The position numbers and the translations under genes are program-made. The notes beneath the pieces are model-generated. The model was not told the DNA's origin. It was given only the letters and a program-made list of their open reading frames with translations, and ran no database searches. Shown piece after piece: positions 61,646-64,000 of a DNA stretch of 64,000 bases (position 1 is the first letter of the stretch; every line of letters begins with the position of its first letter). Origin of the DNA: Pelagomonas calceolata (taxonomy: Eukaryota); NCBI GenBank assembly GCA_918797485.1, contig CAKKNE010000001.1, positions 1,240,001 to 1,304,000 on the forward strand, read 5' to 3'.

Positions 61646-61668
61646 GCTAGTGTCTTACATGCGCTAGC
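61646..61668 (+). promoter_or_regulatory. GCTAG-box element
   Basis: GCTAGTGTCTTACATGCGCTAGC between divergent oxygenase and kinase genes. Confidence 0.78.
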
Positions 61669-61968
61669 TCGAGCACCAGTGCTGCGCCACGCCCACGCGA
61701 GCCGTCCGGCCGGCCGCGGACCGATGGATGCGGGTCCGGCCACGGAAGCGTTGAGTTTGAAGCCGCGTTTAGGTTTTGGTGGTGCGTCGCTAGATGCGCG
61801 TTGCCGCCGCCCGCGGCGAGAGACAGCTGGTGGGACGTACGCACTTGGGGGCAGTGGCGCCTCGGCCCGGGACTGCTGGGCGGCTGCCCCGTGCAGCGTG
61901 GAGCACCGCACGTGACATCATCTCCTCCTGAGGGTCACGTGGGCGCGAGTCACGTGGGCGCGAGGACC

Positions 61969-64000
61969 ATGTGCGGCGGCCCGCCGCGGCGCGCGAGCCA
62001 GACGCCGACGAGCGACCTGACGGCGACGCCCCGCGGACCATCGCTGTACCCGGGCGCCCGGCCGCCGTTGTCCGGAGGTGACGCGCTCGACCACTCGGGC
62101 CTCACCGAGTGCACGACTGCAGTAAGACGCCAGGACTCGTCTTCTTCCTTCTTCCAAACGCCTGATAGGAGAAGCGCCGCGACGCCGCCACCCGTCCGGG
62201 AGTGCGAGGTCTGTGCCGGTGCCAAATGCGTTTGTTCGCCAGTAGATCTAAGCCCAGCATTACTCGAGAGGCACAACCGGCAGCAGCCGCTGCAGGGGCT
62301 GTCGTCGTTATCGCTAGGTGACAGGGAAGCCTTGAACCTCGATAATTTTGCGATCGTGTGTAAGATCGGCGAGGGGTCTTTCGGGAAAGTCGTGCTTGCC
62401 CGAAAGAAAGACGACGGGGCCCTCCACGCGGTCAAGGCGGTGCGCAAGGAGAAATTATTAGCGTCCGGGTCTGCGGCGATCCAACATGTCCTCGACGAGA
62501 ATAGCATCCTGCAGCGACTGAGGCATCCCTTCGTACTTACCTTACAGTACGCGTTCCAGGACGCCGATCGGCTGTACCTCGTGACGAATTATGTCGGGGG
62601 TGGCACGCTGTATCAATTAATAACACAACGAGGAAAAGTGAAAGAAGACTTGGTGAGATTCTACGCGGCGCAGCTCGCCGCAGCTTTTGCTTATCTCCAC
62701 CTAAATAATGTGGTGTACCGCGACCTCAAGCCGGAGAACGTCCTACTCGGATTAGATGGCTACGTCGTCCTGGCAGATTTTGGCCTCGCGAAAACACTGG
62801 TGGATACGACGACCGCAACCTTTTGCGGCACTCCCCTCTACTTAGCGCCGGAAGTCGTCCAGCGGCGACCCTACGCGTTTTCCGTCGACTGGTGGACTCT
62901 TGGGTGCCTTACGGTGGAGATGCTGACGGGACGGCCGCCGTTCGTGGCCCGAGACTTGCCTGAATTGATGCAGCTCATCGAGCAAGGTAAAAGATCCTTC
63001 GACGTCTCTACTTTGAGTGGCAACGCGTCCATGTTCGTGCTGGGGCTCTTACAAAAGGACGTCTCCAAAAGGTTAAAAGCGCCGGGCGTGTTTGATACGC
63101 ACTTCCTGCGATCAATAGACCGCACGGCACTCGAAAACAAGACCATCGAGCCGCCCTACGTCCCCGACCCCGCGAGCGAAGCCATTGGTAGAGGCGGCTC
63201 GCCGCGCCACGCGTCGCAGCGGGAGCTCGCGCAGTTCGCAAATTTCAACGCCTTTTGTCGAGACGAGTCGCCGCGGGCCCACGCCGAATTATCGTCCAAA
63301 TTATGTGATGCTGCTAGACGAGGAGCCTGTGGGGAGTTGCGGGAGTTGATGGCGGATGGTGCGGATGTGAATCACGGAGACTATGATCGAAGGACGGCGT
63401 TGCATTTAGGGGCCGCGGAAGGTCATCTGGATGTGGTGGACTTTCTCATAGCGCACGGCGCGGACGTGAACGCGCAGGACCGGTGGCGGGGCACACCTCT
63501 CAGGGACGCCGAGGCTAGTGACCATCAAAACGTTGTGGAGCTCCTAAAACGCCACGGCGCGCGCGACTCGGTCACGGAGCAGCGCGCTTCGGTCACGGAA
63601 GCCGACGTCACGTCGCGGTTATGCGACGCTGCTAGGCGTGGCGACGTCGAGTCCTTGAGACGATTAGTTGCGGCGGGCGCCGAAGTGACACGTTCAGATT
63701 ATGATGATAGGACACCGTTACACTTGGGCGCGGCGGAGGGCCACGTCCGGGTCGTGGAATACTTGATTGCGCGCGGTGCTGACGTGAATGCCTGTGATAG
63801 GTGGCGCGGCACGCCTTTACGAGACGCGGAGGACGGCGGCCACTCTAGTGTAGTGCAACTGCTGAAGCGCCACGGCGCGAAACGGTTGAAACGGCGCTCG
63901 CGTAGCCTAGGAAGCTTCGGCAACCTGCGCCAGGCCTTCCGGCAGCAGACGATGCGGAGGAACGTCTCGGCCATAAACATGGCCGCGATCGCGCCCGCAC
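61969..64000 (+). CDS. AGC-family Ser/Thr kinase with C-terminal ankyrin repeats (partial, runs off right edge; absent from the ORF track)
   Basis: Translated by hand from ATG 61969: IGEGSFGKV, AVK, YRDLKPEN, DFG, TFCGTPLYLAPE, DWWTLG, EPPYVP, FANF; then two blocks of DYD.RT.LHLGAAEGH..VV..LI..GADVNA.DRWRGTPL. Confidence 0.92.
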   Translation, partial: MCGGPPRRASQTPTSDLTATPRGPSLYPGARPPLSGGDALDHSGLTECTTAVRRQDSSSSFFQTPDRRSAATPPPVRECEVCAGAKCVCSPVDLSPALLERHNRQQPLQGLSSLSLGDREALNLDNFAIVCKIGEGSFGKVVLARKKDDGALHAVKAVRKEKLLASGSAAIQHVLDENSILQRLRHPFVLTLQYAFQDADRLYLVTNYVGGGTLYQLITQRGKVKEDLVRFYAAQLAAAFAYLHLNNVVYRDLKPENVLLGLDGYVVLADFGLAKTLVDTTTATFCGTPLYLAPEVVQRRPYAFSVDWWTLGCLTVEMLTGRPPFVARDLPELMQLIEQGKRSFDVSTLSGNASMFVLGLLQKDVSKRLKAPGVFDTHFLRSIDRTALENKTIEPPYVPDPASEAIGRGGSPRHASQRELAQFANFNAFCRDESPRAHAELSSKLCDAARRGACGELRELMADGADVNHGDYDRRTALHLGAAEGHLDVVDFLIAHGADVNAQDRWRGTPLRDAEASDHQNVVELLKRHGARDSVTEQRASVTEADVTSRLCDAARRGDVESLRRLVAAGAEVTRSDYDDRTPLHLGAAEGHVRVVEYLIARGADVNACDRWRGTPLRDAEDGGHSSVVQLLKRHGAKRLKRRSRSLGSFGNLRQAFRQQTMRRNVSAINMAAIAPA

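Noticed and set aside
7834..61668. GCTAG-box copies as a CRISPR array or a Helitron/MITE end
   Set aside because: Copies are kilobases apart with whole genes between them and no cas genes; flanks are unrelated with no TSD; the base after ...CACTAG varies rather than being the T expected at Helitron insertion sites
20..63980. Numerous long Arg/Ala/Pro-rich ORFs overlapping the called genes (e.g. 31387..32448, 32049..33254, 59373..60806, 61950..62507)
   Set aside because: Shadow ORFs expected from high GC3 coding sequence; no recognisable motifs, and each overlaps a better-supported gene
1..64000. tRNA, rRNA or snRNA genes, and a prokaryotic operon or defence island
   Set aside because: No cloverleaf or rRNA-like segment was recognised by eye (tRNAscan/Infernal not run); gene content and introns are eukaryotic, and neighbouring genes are functionally unrelated

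Overview
GC-rich, very gene-dense, intron-poor eukaryotic nuclear DNA. The organism is inferred to be a stramenopile alga, most likely a pelagophyte of the Pelagomonas/Aureococcus type, based on bipartite plastid-targeting N-termini, MYND-RINGv-TPR genes and introner-type introns. About 40 protein genes lie mostly in alternating head-to-head and tail-to-tail pairs. They include NSE4, coronin, an M16 peptidase, Arp10, GatA, NEIL3, eRF3, TPS/TPP, LYRM4, ERGIC3, TPP1 and an AGC kinase-ankyrin protein. Two non-coding systems stand out. (1) A bipartite palindromic element, GCTAGTGT(C/G)TTAC-N1-6-GCTAGC, occurs about 15 times, once per upstream or divergent intergenic gap. I saw no copies in CDS or between convergent genes, so it is a candidate genome-wide bidirectional promoter element. 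(2) All seven introns I could reconstruct appear to belong to one introner-like DNA-transposon family, with TIR CTGTGTGGAAA...TTTCCACACAG, an 8-bp TSD that supplies the GC/GT donor, and an internal CGCGTCGATGGCGT core that also occurs free-standing. The window also holds an intact mariner-like transposon (TA TSD, DD39/40D), a 5'-truncated LINE, bacterial-type genes with targeting peptides (PcfJ-like; SNase-Excalibur) and a small low-GC island beside a 5'-truncated CDP-DAG synthase. All annotations come from visual motif recognition; no database searches were run.
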